A stretch of 64,000 nt of DNA from Ruminococcus sp. (GCA_017473775.1 JAFUJH010000050.1:3455-67454), one strand, 5' to 3'; shown: positions 36,204 through 45,537, numbered from the stretch's first letter. Numbers and translations are program-made. The notes: generated by a model not told the origin, from the sequence alone.

Positions 36204-37139
36204 ATGAGAATTGTTGCAGTAAATAATAAAAATGAAGCTGTCAGAAAGAACAGTTCCTCAGGAGGAATCTTTTACCTGCTTGCAGAATATGTAATTTCCG
36301 AAGGCGGAGTTGTTTTTGGTGCAGGCTTTGACGAAAACTTTCAGGTTTGCCACAGCTATGCGGACAATATGGAAGGAGTCAGAGCTTTTATGCAGAGCAA
36401 GTATGTGCAGTCACACATAGGCACTGCATACTCAGACGCCAAGGCTTTCCTTGATGAAGGCAGACTTGTACTTTTTAGCGGTACACCATGTCAGATTTCT
36501 GCATTGAAAAGCTTCCTGCAAAATGACTATCCCAACCTGATTACCGCAGACTTTATATGTCACGGTGTGCCAAGCCGAAGAGTCTGGCGTGAATACATAG
36601 ATGAACTGTCCGCAGGCAGGAAAATCAAAAGTATTAACTTCAGAGACAAAACACAAGGCTGGAGGGTATTTTCACTTAAAGTTGAATTTGAGGACTCAAG
36701 TGTGTACAGAAAGAATCTTGATGAGGATATTTTTGTTAAGGGCTTTCTGCAGAATCTGTACCTGAGACCCTCTTGCTATGAATGTAGACACAGAGGCTTT
36801 GACCGACCTGCAGATGTTACGATGGCAGATTTCTGGGGAGTACAGAATGTTCTGCCTGAGCTATTTGATGATAAGGGTACAAGCGTACTCATAATCAGAA
36901 ACCATGTTGTTGAGAAAATCCTTGAGGGGTATTCAGAGCAACTTATAATCAGAGAAATTTCTGAGGATACAGTGAGAAAGACAAACAGTGCAATAGAGCA
37001 CTCCTGCACTGCTCACCCGAAAAGGGAAGATTTCTTCGGCAGTGAATACAAAAGTGTTACAAAGACTATCCGCAGGATTGTAAAAGACCCTGTGAAAATT
37101 GCAGTGAAAAAGAAGCTTTACAAGCTTCTCAGGGGGTAA
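36204..37139 (+). CDS. Coenzyme F420 hydrogenase/dehydrogenase beta-subunit-like protein (FrhB/FdhB family), lacking the usual N-terminal ferredoxin domain
   Basis: SSSGG motif near the N-terminus and GTPCQI. The likely start is ATG 36204 (MRIVAV). Confidence 0.7.
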   Translation: MRIVAVNNKNEAVRKNSSSGGIFYLLAEYVISEGGVVFGAGFDENFQVCHSYADNMEGVRAFMQSKYVQSHIGTAYSDAKAFLDEGRLVLFSGTPCQISALKSFLQNDYPNLITADFICHGVPSRRVWREYIDELSAGRKIKSINFRDKTQGWRVFSLKVEFEDSSVYRKNLDEDIFVKGFLQNLYLRPSCYECRHRGFDRPADVTMADFWGVQNVLPELFDDKGTSVLIIRNHVVEKILEGYSEQLIIREISEDTVRKTNSAIEHSCTAHPKREDFFGSEYKSVTKTIRRIVKDPVKIAVKKKLYKLLRG

Positions 37140-37142
37140 GCT

Positions 37143-37325
37143 ATGAAAAAGTTACCGATTTTATATAAGAGTAAATCAGAGTGTTCAGGTTGCAGTGCCT
37201 GCTTTAACATCTGTCCTGCAGAGGCTATTGCGATGCAGGAGGATAGCGAGGGTTTTGAGTACCCTGTTATTGATGATAATAAGTGCATCAGATGTTATAA
37301 ATGTATCGGTGTATGTACAAAGTGA
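37143..37325 (+). CDS. Stand-alone 2x[4Fe-4S] ferredoxin-domain protein
   Basis: 60 aa with CSGCSACFNICP and CIRCYKCIGVC motifs. It starts 3 nt after the FrhB-like stop. Confidence 0.6.
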   Translation: MKKLPILYKSKSECSGCSACFNICPAEAIAMQEDSEGFEYPVIDDNKCIRCYKCIGVCTK

Positions 37326-37407
37326 ATCGAGTGTGCATCGTGGAATATAACTGCTTTTGATTCTGTTTGCTGAGAAGTAACAATAAAATACCGGTGATAA
37401 ATCAAAA

Positions 37408-37440
37408 CCCTGATGCTATTGCGTCAGGGCTATTTGTTTG
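37408..37440 (+). terminator. Terminator after the FrhB/ferredoxin pair
   Basis: CCCTGATGC tatt GCGTCAGGG, followed by a T-rich tail. Confidence 0.6.
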
Positions 37441-37554
37441 CAAAATTTGCATATTATATATCATCGGCGATTTCACATAATAACTTTGCGATGAAAATCA
37501 GTAATCGCAAGAAATGATTTTGAAATAAACTTTTGAGAAAAGGAGTAAGTAAAA

Positions 37555-37746
37555 ATGTCTAAGAACAACATCGTAGTTCCTGAGGCTAAGGATGCACTGG
37601 AGCGTTTTAAGATGGAAGCTGCTGCAGAAGTAGGCGTTAACCTCAAGCAGGGCTACAACGGTGACCTGACATCCCGTCAGGCAGGTTCTGTCGGCGGACA
37701 GATGGTCAAGAAAATGATCGAGTCCTACGAGAGAGGCTTAAAGTAA
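37555..37746 (+). CDS. Alpha/beta-type small acid-soluble spore protein
   Basis: 63 aa with the EAKDALERFKMEAAAEVGV...GDLTSRQAGSVGGQMVKKMIE signature. Confidence 0.9.
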   Translation: MSKNNIVVPEAKDALERFKMEAAAEVGVNLKQGYNGDLTSRQAGSVGGQMVKKMIESYERGLK

Positions 37747-37867
37747 GAAAAATCCTGATAATACAGGACTGTAAAGCACTACTGCTTTTATAAAAAGACC
37801 GTCGGCTACTCAGAAGGTAACCGACGGTTTGTTCGTTTAATTGGAATATGTACTCTGCAAGGATTTA

Positions 37868-38356
37868 TCAGTAGCCCTTTACTGCGTTGAGGGACTCATC
37901 GTTGTCTATCCATTCCTCTACATACAGAGCGGTGAATTGATCCTTGGTGTTGCGGATGACAACACGGGAGATACCTGCGTTGATAATCATACGCTTGCAC
38001 ATGGCACAGGCGCTGGCGTTTTCAACATATGCACCTGTTACTGCATCCTTGCCTACGAGGTAGAGTGTGGAGCCTATCATACGCTCGCGGGATGCGTGGA
38101 TGATGGCGTTCTGCTCAGCGTGTACACTGCGGCACAGCTCGTATCTTTCACCTCTGGGTACATTGTTTGCCTCTCTGACACAGTGGCCCAAGTCGATGCA
38201 GTTCTTCCGTCCTCTGGGAGCACCAACATAACCTGTGGATACAATCTGGTCGTTGTTGACAATGATTGCACCATAGTTACGGCGCAGGCAGGTGCCGCGT
38301 TCCAGCACGGTTTCTGCAATATCCAGATAGTAGTTTTCCTTGTCTATACGGTACAT
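37868..38356 (-). CDS. comEB: dCMP deaminase (ComEB type)
   Basis: HAEQNAI and PCAMCKRMI zinc motifs. ATG 38356 follows AAGGAGG. Confidence 0.85.
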   Translation of the reverse strand: MYRIDKENYYLDIAETVLERGTCLRRNYGAIIVNNDQIVSTGYVGAPRGRKNCIDLGHCVREANNVPRGERYELCRSVHAEQNAIIHASRERMIGSTLYLVGKDAVTGAYVENASACAMCKRMIINAGISRVVIRNTKDQFTALYVEEWIDNDESLNAVKGY

Positions 38357-38462
38357 AGTAAAACCTCCTTGTAATTTATAATTCCGTATCATAAATCCAC
38401 TTCTATAATGATATATTTAACTGAGGTTGTCAAGGTAAATTTTTTGACAAGGGGTTTTATGA

Positions 38463-38705
38463 TTATTTTGCCATAAGCTTCTGCAGGCAGGAGGCACAGA
38501 TGAATTTGTCCATATGCTCTGTCAGCTCCTCGTCGCTGTGGCAGAAGGTACAGCAGGAGCCGTACTTGCGGATAACCAGCGTGTTGTCCTCTGTAAACAG
38601 CTCCAGACAGGCACCCTTGTCAAAATCAAGGGCCCGTCTGACACGGACGGGGATAACGATTCTTCCTAATTCATCTACTCGTACAAGATAACCTGCTGCT
38701 TTCAT
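38463..38705 (-). CDS. abrB: AbrB-family transition-state regulator with a Cys-rich C-terminus
   Basis: SpoVT/AbrB swapped-hairpin motif VRVDELGRIVIPVRVRRAL. The C-terminus carries CCTFC...CASC. Confidence 0.75.
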   Translation of the reverse strand: MKAAGYLVRVDELGRIVIPVRVRRALDFDKGACLELFTEDNTLVIRKYGSCCTFCHSDEELTEHMDKFICASCLQKLMAK

Positions 38706-38832
38706 ATTTAATTACCACCCTTTTGAATTATTTTCACATATATCGTACCAATAAATACCAAAAAAGTCAATAGATTACGATATGGAACACAAGGTTGATT
38801 TTATCGACAAAAATAGACAGGAGCTGAAATCT

Positions 38833-39429
38833 ATGATGAATTACATATGGGCAGGGATGATAATAATAAGTCTGGTCTTTGCATTGATTACAGGAAACAC
38901 AGCACAACTGTCTGATGCATTGATATCCGGTGCTGATGATGCAATACAGCTGTTACTTGGAATACTGGGGATAATGTGTTTCTGGTTGGGGCTTATGGAG
39001 ATTGCAAAGAGGGCAGGGCTCACGGATTTGCTGGCGAAGATGTTCTCGCCAATACTCAGACCGCTGTTTCCCAATGTGCCGAAAAACTCTGAGGCAATGC
39101 GGTATATGAGTCTTAATCTGAGTGCAAATCTGTTAGGACTCGGTAACGCGGCAACTCCCTTCGGACTTGAGGCGATGAAGGAGCTTCAAAAGCTCAATCC
39201 CATAAGGGACAGGGCAACAGATGCACAGCTTATGTTTGTGGTGCTTAACACGGCATCAATTCAGCTTTTGCCTACGACCTTGTGTGCATACAGGGCAACC
39301 TACGGCAGTGAGCGGCCCTTTGAGATAATCCACTGTGTGTGGATAACCTCAGTTATAGCTCTTTTGGCAGGAATCATAGTTGCAAAGGTGTTCTGTGCAG
39401 GCAAAGAAAAAGAGCAGTTAAGGAGGTAG
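38833..39429 (+). CDS. spmA: Spore maturation protein A (nucleoside-recognition-domain membrane protein)
   Basis: MMNYIWAGMIIISLVFA N-terminus, Gate-domain pattern, paired with spmB. Confidence 0.8.
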   Translation: MMNYIWAGMIIISLVFALITGNTAQLSDALISGADDAIQLLLGILGIMCFWLGLMEIAKRAGLTDLLAKMFSPILRPLFPNVPKNSEAMRYMSLNLSANLLGLGNAATPFGLEAMKELQKLNPIRDRATDAQLMFVVLNTASIQLLPTTLCAYRATYGSERPFEIIHCVWITSVIALLAGIIVAKVFCAGKEKEQLRR

Positions 39430-39432
39430 TCT

Positions 39433-39942
39433 GTGGAAATTATAGTACCCTTGGTGGCAGTGGTGTTTATAGTGTTCGGACTTGTGAAGAAGGTAGGTGT
39501 CTTTGATGCTTTTCTCTCAGGTGCAAAGGAGGGACTTCACACAGCGTATATGATAGCACCCACCCTTGTGGGACTTATCACTGCAGTGACAATGCTCAGA
39601 GCAAGCGGAGCCATAGATATGCTGACACAGCTTATTACTCCTGTAGCCGAGAGGCTGGGATTCCCTGCGGAGATTGTGCCTGTGGCGGTGCTAAGACCTA
39701 TATCGGGAGGCGGCTCCACCGCCTTGCTTGTGGGAATACTTGAGAAGTTCGGCCCTGACAGCTTTGCAGGAAGAATCGTGTCTGTGATGGCAGGGTCAAC
39801 GGAGACCACCTTCTATGCAATAGCGGTGTATTACGGCAGTGTAGGCATAAAGAAAACACGGCACACACTCCTTGCAGGACTATGTGCCGATTTTACAGCG
39901 GTGGTGTTTTCGGTGCTGACTGTGAGATTGTTTTTTACATAG
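39433..39942 (+). CDS. spmB: Spore maturation protein B
   Basis: GTG start, 169-aa membrane protein immediately after spmA. Confidence 0.8.
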   Translation: MEIIVPLVAVVFIVFGLVKKVGVFDAFLSGAKEGLHTAYMIAPTLVGLITAVTMLRASGAIDMLTQLITPVAERLGFPAEIVPVAVLRPISGGGSTALLVGILEKFGPDSFAGRIVSVMAGSTETTFYAIAVYYGSVGIKKTRHTLLAGLCADFTAVVFSVLTVRLFFT

Positions 39943-39995
39943 AAGTGTAAGCCTGACGGGGCGTCGAGGCACTGTCCCCTACGAAATATGATAGA

Positions 39996-41384
39996 TTATC
40001 TGAGTCTCAGCACCTTATTGATAAAGGCTTTGCCATTAAAGGGAATAAGGGGATAGAGGTAGCTTTTGCCTGATACGGTTTTGTTAGTGAGCAGGAGCAC
40101 TGCTGTGATAACAACACCTGCGATAAATCCCCAGAGGTTAAACAGGGATGTGAGTATCAACAGCATTATTCGGATGAACTTGACGCAGTAGCCCAGCTCG
40201 TAGTTTGGCTGTGTGAAGCTTGCAAGGGTTGCAAATGCCATATATAGAATTGCGTGGGTTGAAAACCAGCCCACATCAATGGAGAACTCTGACAGTGCAA
40301 TTGCACCGATGATGCCCATTGTACCCGATAGGGTTGTGGGTGTGTTGAGGGAGGCAAGCCGCAGTCCGTCAATGGCAAGCTCCAGTATTATAAGCTGCCA
40401 GAAGAAGGAGATGTTTTGCTCCTCGGCTACAACCACAAAGCGGAAGTAGTCGGGGACGAGGTTCGGGTTTTGCTGTGCAAGGAGCCACAGGGGAGTTATG
40501 AACACAGAACTTAATAGGATGAGGAATCTTGCAATGCGCAGGTATGAGCCTGTGAAGGGCGGAAAGTAGTAATCGTCTGCCTCCTCGGTTACATCGAAAA
40601 TCGAGGTCGGCAGTATCAGTGCTGAGGGGGAGTTGTCCACCAGTATGATAATGTTACCCTTTATGGCGTTGGCGGCGGCTGAGTCGGGACGCTCTGTGTA
40701 TTTTATTTTTGGGAACGGATTGAACCATTTTCGCGGATAGATTGCTTCTACGAGGCTCTGTTGATTCATGGCAAGTGAATCTACCTTGACATTTTCTATT
40801 CGCTGTGTGATGGATTTGAGCAGTTTGTGGTCAACCTTGTCCTCCATATAGCACAGCACCACATCTGCTTTTGAGGTGCGGCTGACAGAGAAGGGTTTGA
40901 CCGTGAAGTTTACATCTCTGATTCGTCGTCTCATCAGGGCAATGTTGCTGATGATGGTCTCTACAAAGCCGTCCTTACTGCCACGCATAACCTTGTCGGT
41001 ATCAGGCTCGCTGGTCTGACGCTGAGGATAGGTACGGGTGTCCATCATAATTGCACAGTCAAAGCCGTCAATGAACAGAGCACTGATTCCGCTTAAAATG
41101 TTCTGGGTAATTATATTTATGTCTTTCTCTGTGTTGACCTCGATGTAGGGTACACAGGTTTTTGAGAAGGTGTCTGCGTCCTTCATTACGCTTTCGTCCT
41201 TGAGCCCGTAGAAGAAAATCATCAGCTTGCCCATAAAGGTGTCCTTTACAAGGCCGTCTATGGAGTAGATTCGGGCTTCCTTGTTGCATATTACGATGTC
41301 ACGGCGGATGATGTCAAAGCTTTCATCGGCACGGAGCACCTTGTCTATTATTTCTTTGTTTTTAGTTAGATCTTTACTGAGCAT
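39996..41384 (-). CDS. GerA-family spore germination protein (SpoVAF/GerAA-like)
   Basis: 462 aa with a soluble N-domain and a C-terminal 4-5 TM region. Contains motifs typical of the GerA family (PQRQTSEPDTDKVMRGSKDGFVE..., NSPSALILP). Confidence 0.8.
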   Translation of the reverse strand: MLSKDLTKNKEIIDKVLRADESFDIIRRDIVICNKEARIYSIDGLVKDTFMGKLMIFFYGLKDESVMKDADTFSKTCVPYIEVNTEKDINIITQNILSGISALFIDGFDCAIMMDTRTYPQRQTSEPDTDKVMRGSKDGFVETIISNIALMRRRIRDVNFTVKPFSVSRTSKADVVLCYMEDKVDHKLLKSITQRIENVKVDSLAMNQQSLVEAIYPRKWFNPFPKIKYTERPDSAAANAIKGNIIILVDNSPSALILPTSIFDVTEEADDYYFPPFTGSYLRIARFLILLSSVFITPLWLLAQQNPNLVPDYFRFVVVAEEQNISFFWQLIILELAIDGLRLASLNTPTTLSGTMGIIGAIALSEFSIDVGWFSTHAILYMAFATLASFTQPNYELGYCVKFIRIMLLILTSLFNLWGFIAGVVITAVLLLTNKTVSGKSYLYPLIPFNGKAFINKVLRLR

Positions 41385-41444
41385 ATTTTCACCCCGTGGT
41401 ATTTTATCCCGAATAAGTAAGAATATGTAAATGAATTTAAATTT

Positions 41445-41525
41445 GTAGGGAACGGCATTGCCGGTCCGTGGTTTCCTAAATATGGTGACTTAGAAGTTTC
41501 GGACGACCATTGGTCGTCCCTACGC
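41445..41525. repeat. Inverted doublet of type B REP-like hairpins (REPIN-like)
   Basis: GTAGGGAACGGCAttGCCGGTCCg (41445-41468) and cGGACGACCAtTGGTCGTCCCTACgc (41500-41525) face each other across a 31-nt spacer. Confidence 0.8.
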
Positions 41526-41600
41526 TATTTTCAGGGAGCCTGTTTTCAGGGAGTCTTATAGGGATTGAAAATAGAAAAAATTTAAAAAATTATTTGAAAG

Positions 41601-41630
41601 TTGCATAGAAATATGCAATTTTTTTGTTTT
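41601..41630 (+). promoter_or_regulatory. Palindrome / weak terminator-like hairpin just upstream of the terminase genes
   Basis: TTGCATA gaaa TATGCAA followed by TTTTTTTGTTTT. No plus-strand gene lies upstream. Confidence 0.4.
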
Positions 41631-41675
41631 TATGGGGTTATGTCGGAGCACTTAACAAGAACAGGAGGAGATTGA

Positions 41676-42170
41676 GTGAGAAAAAAAGGACTGACTCCAA
41701 GAGAAAGAGAATTCTGCAGGCAGTATATCTGTCTGGGTGATTCAAAGACAGCGGCGGCTTCTGCAGGCTACAGCAAAAACCCCGAGGGTAAGGGGGAGGA
41801 GCTTCTGTGCCGTGAGGATATTATGGCAGAGCTTGGCAGGCTGTGTCAGCTTAAAAAGCAGACTGCGGCTGAGCTTGCGCGGACAGGGTATCGTCGGCTT
41901 GCCTTTGGCAGTATTGCTGATGCGGTGTCCCTGCTTTATATGGACAGCCCCTCGTCGGAGCAGCTTAAAAAGATGGATCTTTTTTCTGTGGCGGAAATAA
42001 AACGCCCCAAGGACGGGTCTATGGAGATTAAGTTCTTTGACAGGCTGAAGGCTCTTGAAAAGCTGACGGAGGGAGTGCTTGAGGACAGGGAGATTTCCCC
42101 TGTGTACGAGGCTATCCGTCAGGGTGCGTTGGCACTTGGAAGCAGTGAGGTCGGGTCCGATGAAACTTAA
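41676..42170 (+). CDS. Terminase small subunit
   Basis: GTG start behind AGGAGGA. LTPREREFCRQYI...GDSKTAAASAGYS is typical of the Terminase_2 family. Confidence 0.75.
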   Translation: MRKKGLTPREREFCRQYICLGDSKTAAASAGYSKNPEGKGEELLCREDIMAELGRLCQLKKQTAAELARTGYRRLAFGSIADAVSLLYMDSPSSEQLKKMDLFSVAEIKRPKDGSMEIKFFDRLKALEKLTEGVLEDREISPVYEAIRQGALALGSSEVGSDET

Positions 42171-43434
42171 AGCTTTCTCCAAAAAACAGATGCTTGCACT
42201 TACTTGGTGGGAGGCGGAGTCAAGGTATAAGGATTGTGACGGAGTGATATGCGACGGAGCGGTAAGGTCGGGTAAGACCTTCTGTATGGGGCTGTCATTT
42301 ATTATATGGGCGTTTTACCGATTTTCAGATGCTTCCTTTGCCATATGCTCCAAGACAATTCGTTCTGTCAGACGAAATGTGACGACTCCTATACTGCCGG
42401 TACTGAAGGAAATGGGATTTTCGGTAAAAGAGAATGTATCGTCCAATTACCTGCAAATTGCCTTTGAGGGCAGAGAAAACAGATTCTACCTTTTCGGAGG
42501 CAAGGACGAGTCCTCTCAGTCGCTTATTCAGGGAATGACCCTGTCAGGTGTACTCCTTGATGAGGTGGCGCTGATGCCCCGTTCCTTTGTGGAGCAGGCA
42601 CTTGCCAGATGTTCTGTTGACGGCTCCAAGTTCTGGTTTAACTGTAACCCTGAGCATCCTGCTCACTGGTTTTACAGAGAGTGGATAAAGAAGAAAAAGG
42701 AGAAGAATGTTCTGTACATTCATTTCCTTATGGACGACAATCCGTCCCTGTCCCATGATATACGCAAAAGGTATGAGAGCTTGTATTCGGGGAGCTTTTA
42801 CAGAAGATTCGTAAAGGGTGAATGGACGGCGGTGTCGGGAGCGGTGTACCCCTTTATGGATAAGGAGGAGGCATTCTGCGTGGTGCCTGAGCCTCCTTTT
42901 GAGGATTACGCCGTGTCCTGTGATTACGGAACAGTGAATCCTGCTTCCTTTGGCTTATGGGGACTTAAATCAGATGTGTGGTACAGAATTGACGAATACT
43001 ACTACGATTCCAGAAAGGAGGGTCAACAGCGGACTGACGAGGAGCATTACAAGGCTCTTTGTGAGCTTGCAGGGGGTAGGAAGCTCTCCCGTGTAGTTGT
43101 TGACCCTTCTGCCGCAAGCTTCATTCAGGTGATAAAGCGACACGGAGAGTACGAGGTGAAGCCTGCCAAAAACTCGGTGACAGACGGCATACGAAGTGTG
43201 ACCTGTGCGCTTAAAGAGGGCAGGATAAAAATCTGCAGAGGCTGTGCGGACTCGGTAAGGGAGTTTTCGCTTTATCGATGGGATGAGCGTGAGGGCGTGG
43301 AGTCACCCGTCAAGGAGAATGACCACGCAATGGACGATATAAGATATTTCGTCACAACAATTTTAGAAGACGGCGGTGAGGAGTTCTTTGCCTTTGCCGC
43401 TGACAGGAGGAAAAGCTGTGAAGTTATTTTCTAA
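42160..43434 (+). CDS. Terminase large subunit (PBSX family)
   Basis: Walker A GAVRSGKT, Walker B LLDEV, and a C-terminal nuclease region. Overlaps terS by 11 nt. Confidence 0.85.
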   Translation: MKLKAFSKKQMLALTWWEAESRYKDCDGVICDGAVRSGKTFCMGLSFIIWAFYRFSDASFAICSKTIRSVRRNVTTPILPVLKEMGFSVKENVSSNYLQIAFEGRENRFYLFGGKDESSQSLIQGMTLSGVLLDEVALMPRSFVEQALARCSVDGSKFWFNCNPEHPAHWFYREWIKKKKEKNVLYIHFLMDDNPSLSHDIRKRYESLYSGSFYRRFVKGEWTAVSGAVYPFMDKEEAFCVVPEPPFEDYAVSCDYGTVNPASFGLWGLKSDVWYRIDEYYYDSRKEGQQRTDEEHYKALCELAGGRKLSRVVVDPSAASFIQVIKRHGEYEVKPAKNSVTDGIRSVTCALKEGRIKICRGCADSVREFSLYRWDEREGVESPVKENDHAMDDIRYFVTTILEDGGEEFFAFAADRRKSCEVIF

Positions 43435-44563
43435 GAAAAGCAGAGCACAGCAGGCAGGTGTACAGACAGCAGTGAAAGGTACTGTAGGTGTGCACCCCTT
43501 CACAAGCCTTGACAGGTATTCTCCGAAATCTTACGCGGAGCTGGAGCTTTACTCCACGCTCAGGGAGGCTGTGCCTGTAATTGATGCGGCGGTATGCAAG
43601 CTTGTACGACTTGTGGGAGGCTTTGAGCTAAAGGCTGAGGATATGAGATTCCAGAAGCCTCTGGAGCAGTTTGCACAGAGTGTAAGGGTAGGAGCAGGCG
43701 GAGTATCACTTAACTGCTTTGTAAACCGATACCTTGACCAGCTTCTCACCTACGGTTGTGCTATAGGTGAGATAGTGCCCAAAAGCGATATGCGTGGAAT
43801 AGAGGCACTTTACAATGCATCCCTTGAGGATGTGGCGATTGTAAGCGGTGATAATCCCCTTGAAACGCTGGTGTGCCGCAGGGATATCAACAACACTGTG
43901 CTTCAGAATCAGGGGCTGATACTTTCCAGTTTGCTTAATCCCGAGGCAGGCAGTGTACAGGGTAATTCCCTGCTGAAGGGCCTGCCCTTTGTAAGCTCCA
44001 TACTGCTGAAGATTTTAGGCTGCATGGGCAACAACTTTGACCGTGCAGGCAACATCCGCTATGCGGTTACATATAAGCCCTCGGATTCATCGGGTGTAAA
44101 TGCCAGACACAGGGCAGAGGAGATTGCAAGAGAGTGGTCAAGGGCTATGAGGGATGATTCAAGAGTCTGTGACTTTGTAGCTGTGGGTGATGTGTCCGTT
44201 AAGGTTATCGGCGGTGATGCCCAGATTCTTGACTATGATATCCCCATGAGGCATATCCTTGAGCAGATTGTGTCCAAGCTGTGTATTCCGCCGTTTTTGC
44301 TGGGACTTTCCTGGTCGAGCACAGAGCGGATGAGCACTGTGCAGGCAGATATACTCACCAGCGAGCTTGAGTATTTCAGAACACTTCTGACACCTGTAAT
44401 CAGGCAGATTGCACAGACTCAGCTCAGGTTTCTGGGCAGTGACTGCGGTGTTGAGGTTATTTGGAATAACATATCGCTTCAGGATGAGACCGAGCTTGCA
44501 AATGCGAGACTTATGAACGCCAGAGCACAGGAGATTGAGAATGCGTTGGAGGTGACACATTGA
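43418..44563 (+). CDS. Portal protein
   Basis: Call rests on position after terL, size (381 aa from the GTG behind AGGAGG) and general portal-like composition. Confidence 0.65.
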   Translation: MKLFSKKSRAQQAGVQTAVKGTVGVHPFTSLDRYSPKSYAELELYSTLREAVPVIDAAVCKLVRLVGGFELKAEDMRFQKPLEQFAQSVRVGAGGVSLNCFVNRYLDQLLTYGCAIGEIVPKSDMRGIEALYNASLEDVAIVSGDNPLETLVCRRDINNTVLQNQGLILSSLLNPEAGSVQGNSLLKGLPFVSSILLKILGCMGNNFDRAGNIRYAVTYKPSDSSGVNARHRAEEIAREWSRAMRDDSRVCDFVAVGDVSVKVIGGDAQILDYDIPMRHILEQIVSKLCIPPFLLGLSWSSTERMSTVQADILTSELEYFRTLLTPVIRQIAQTQLRFLGSDCGVEVIWNNISLQDETELANARLMNARAQEIENALEVTH

Positions 44564-45537
44564 GGTCAGGAGAGATTATCAAAGCTAAGAATACTGCAGT
44601 GACACCGCAGGAGCTGGAGCTTATCAACAGCTACACACGCCGACCCTTTACTGAGGATGAGGTGTATGTGTTCACTGTGGTACTGTGCGACAACGATGTG
44701 GACAGGGACTTTGAGCGGTTTACCGTGGAGGCTCTGTTCCAGATGGAGAAGCTCTTTGTGGGCAGGACGGGTATTTACGACCACAGCCCCAGAGCTAACA
44801 ATCAGACCGCGAGAATCTTCAATTGTGCGGTGGAGGCTGTGCAGGGCAGAAAAACCGCCACAGGGGATGACTACTTCCGACTAGTGGCAAGAGCATATAT
44901 GCCCAGATGCAAGTCTACCGAGGATGTGATTATGCAGATTGAAAGCGGTATCAGAAAAGAGGTCAGTGTAGGCATCAGTGCAAGCCGCAGTGTGTGCTCT
45001 GTGTGCGGAGGTGAAAGACACTCTGCTCCCTGCGGACACATCAAGGGTCAGGTGTACAATGGAGAGGTTTGTTACTTTGAGCTTTGCGATGTAAGTGATG
45101 CATACGAGTGGAGCTTTGTTGCAGTGCCTGCACAGCGAGAAGCAGGGGTTATCAAGTCCTTTGGCAATACCCCGAAAAAGGAGTTTGGAAATATGGAAGA
45201 AATTATGAAAAGTCTTTCTCAGGGCGAGAGCGTTACCCTGTGCGTCAGTGACGCCAAGCGTCTGTATGAGCACATTACAGGTCTTGAGAAAAGAGCTATG
45301 GCGGGTGACGAGTACAGAAAGGAGCTGGAGGGTGAGGTGCTGAGACTCTCTGCCCTTGCACAGACAGGTATCTCCGGAGATACCATGGCAAGTGCTATGA
45401 AGGGCTTATCACTTGCTCAGCTCAGAGAGTTTGCGTCTGCGTATAAAAAGAAGGCAGAGGAGGCCTTTATGCCTCAGACAAAGGCTCCGCAAAAATCCTG
45501 CACATCCGTTGCAGGTAATAAAGAATTCAGAATCTGA
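44560..45537 (+). CDS. Prohead protease/scaffold-like protein (XkdF position)
   Basis: TTG start overlapping the portal stop. N-terminal globular domain with a CxxC...C.H cluster and a C-terminal coiled-coil, scaffold-like region. Confidence 0.5.
   Translation: MRSGEIIKAKNTAVTPQELELINSYTRRPFTEDEVYVFTVVLCDNDVDRDFERFTVEALFQMEKLFVGRTGIYDHSPRANNQTARIFNCAVEAVQGRKTATGDDYFRLVARAYMPRCKSTEDVIMQIESGIRKEVSVGISASRSVCSVCGGERHSAPCGHIKGQVYNGEVCYFELCDVSDAYEWSFVAVPAQREAGVIKSFGNTPKKEFGNMEEIMKSLSQGESVTLCVSDAKRLYEHITGLEKRAMAGDEYRKELEGEVLRLSALAQTGISGDTMASAMKGLSLAQLREFASAYKKKAEEAFMPQTKAPQKSCTSVAGNKEFRI

Noticed and set aside
37440-37554. Forespore (sigma-G/F) promoter upstream of the SASP gene
   Set aside because: A CACATAATA -10-like element is present. 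The nearest GNATR-like -35 (GCATA) is about 22 nt away, which is outside the usual spacing, so I do not call it.
38463-38705. AbrB-like protein with a CxxC...CxxC tail as a possible novel zinc-ribbon fusion
   Set aside because: To my recollection, clostridial AbrB homologues commonly carry a Cys-containing C-terminal segment, so this is probably the normal clade-specific form. This was not verified here.
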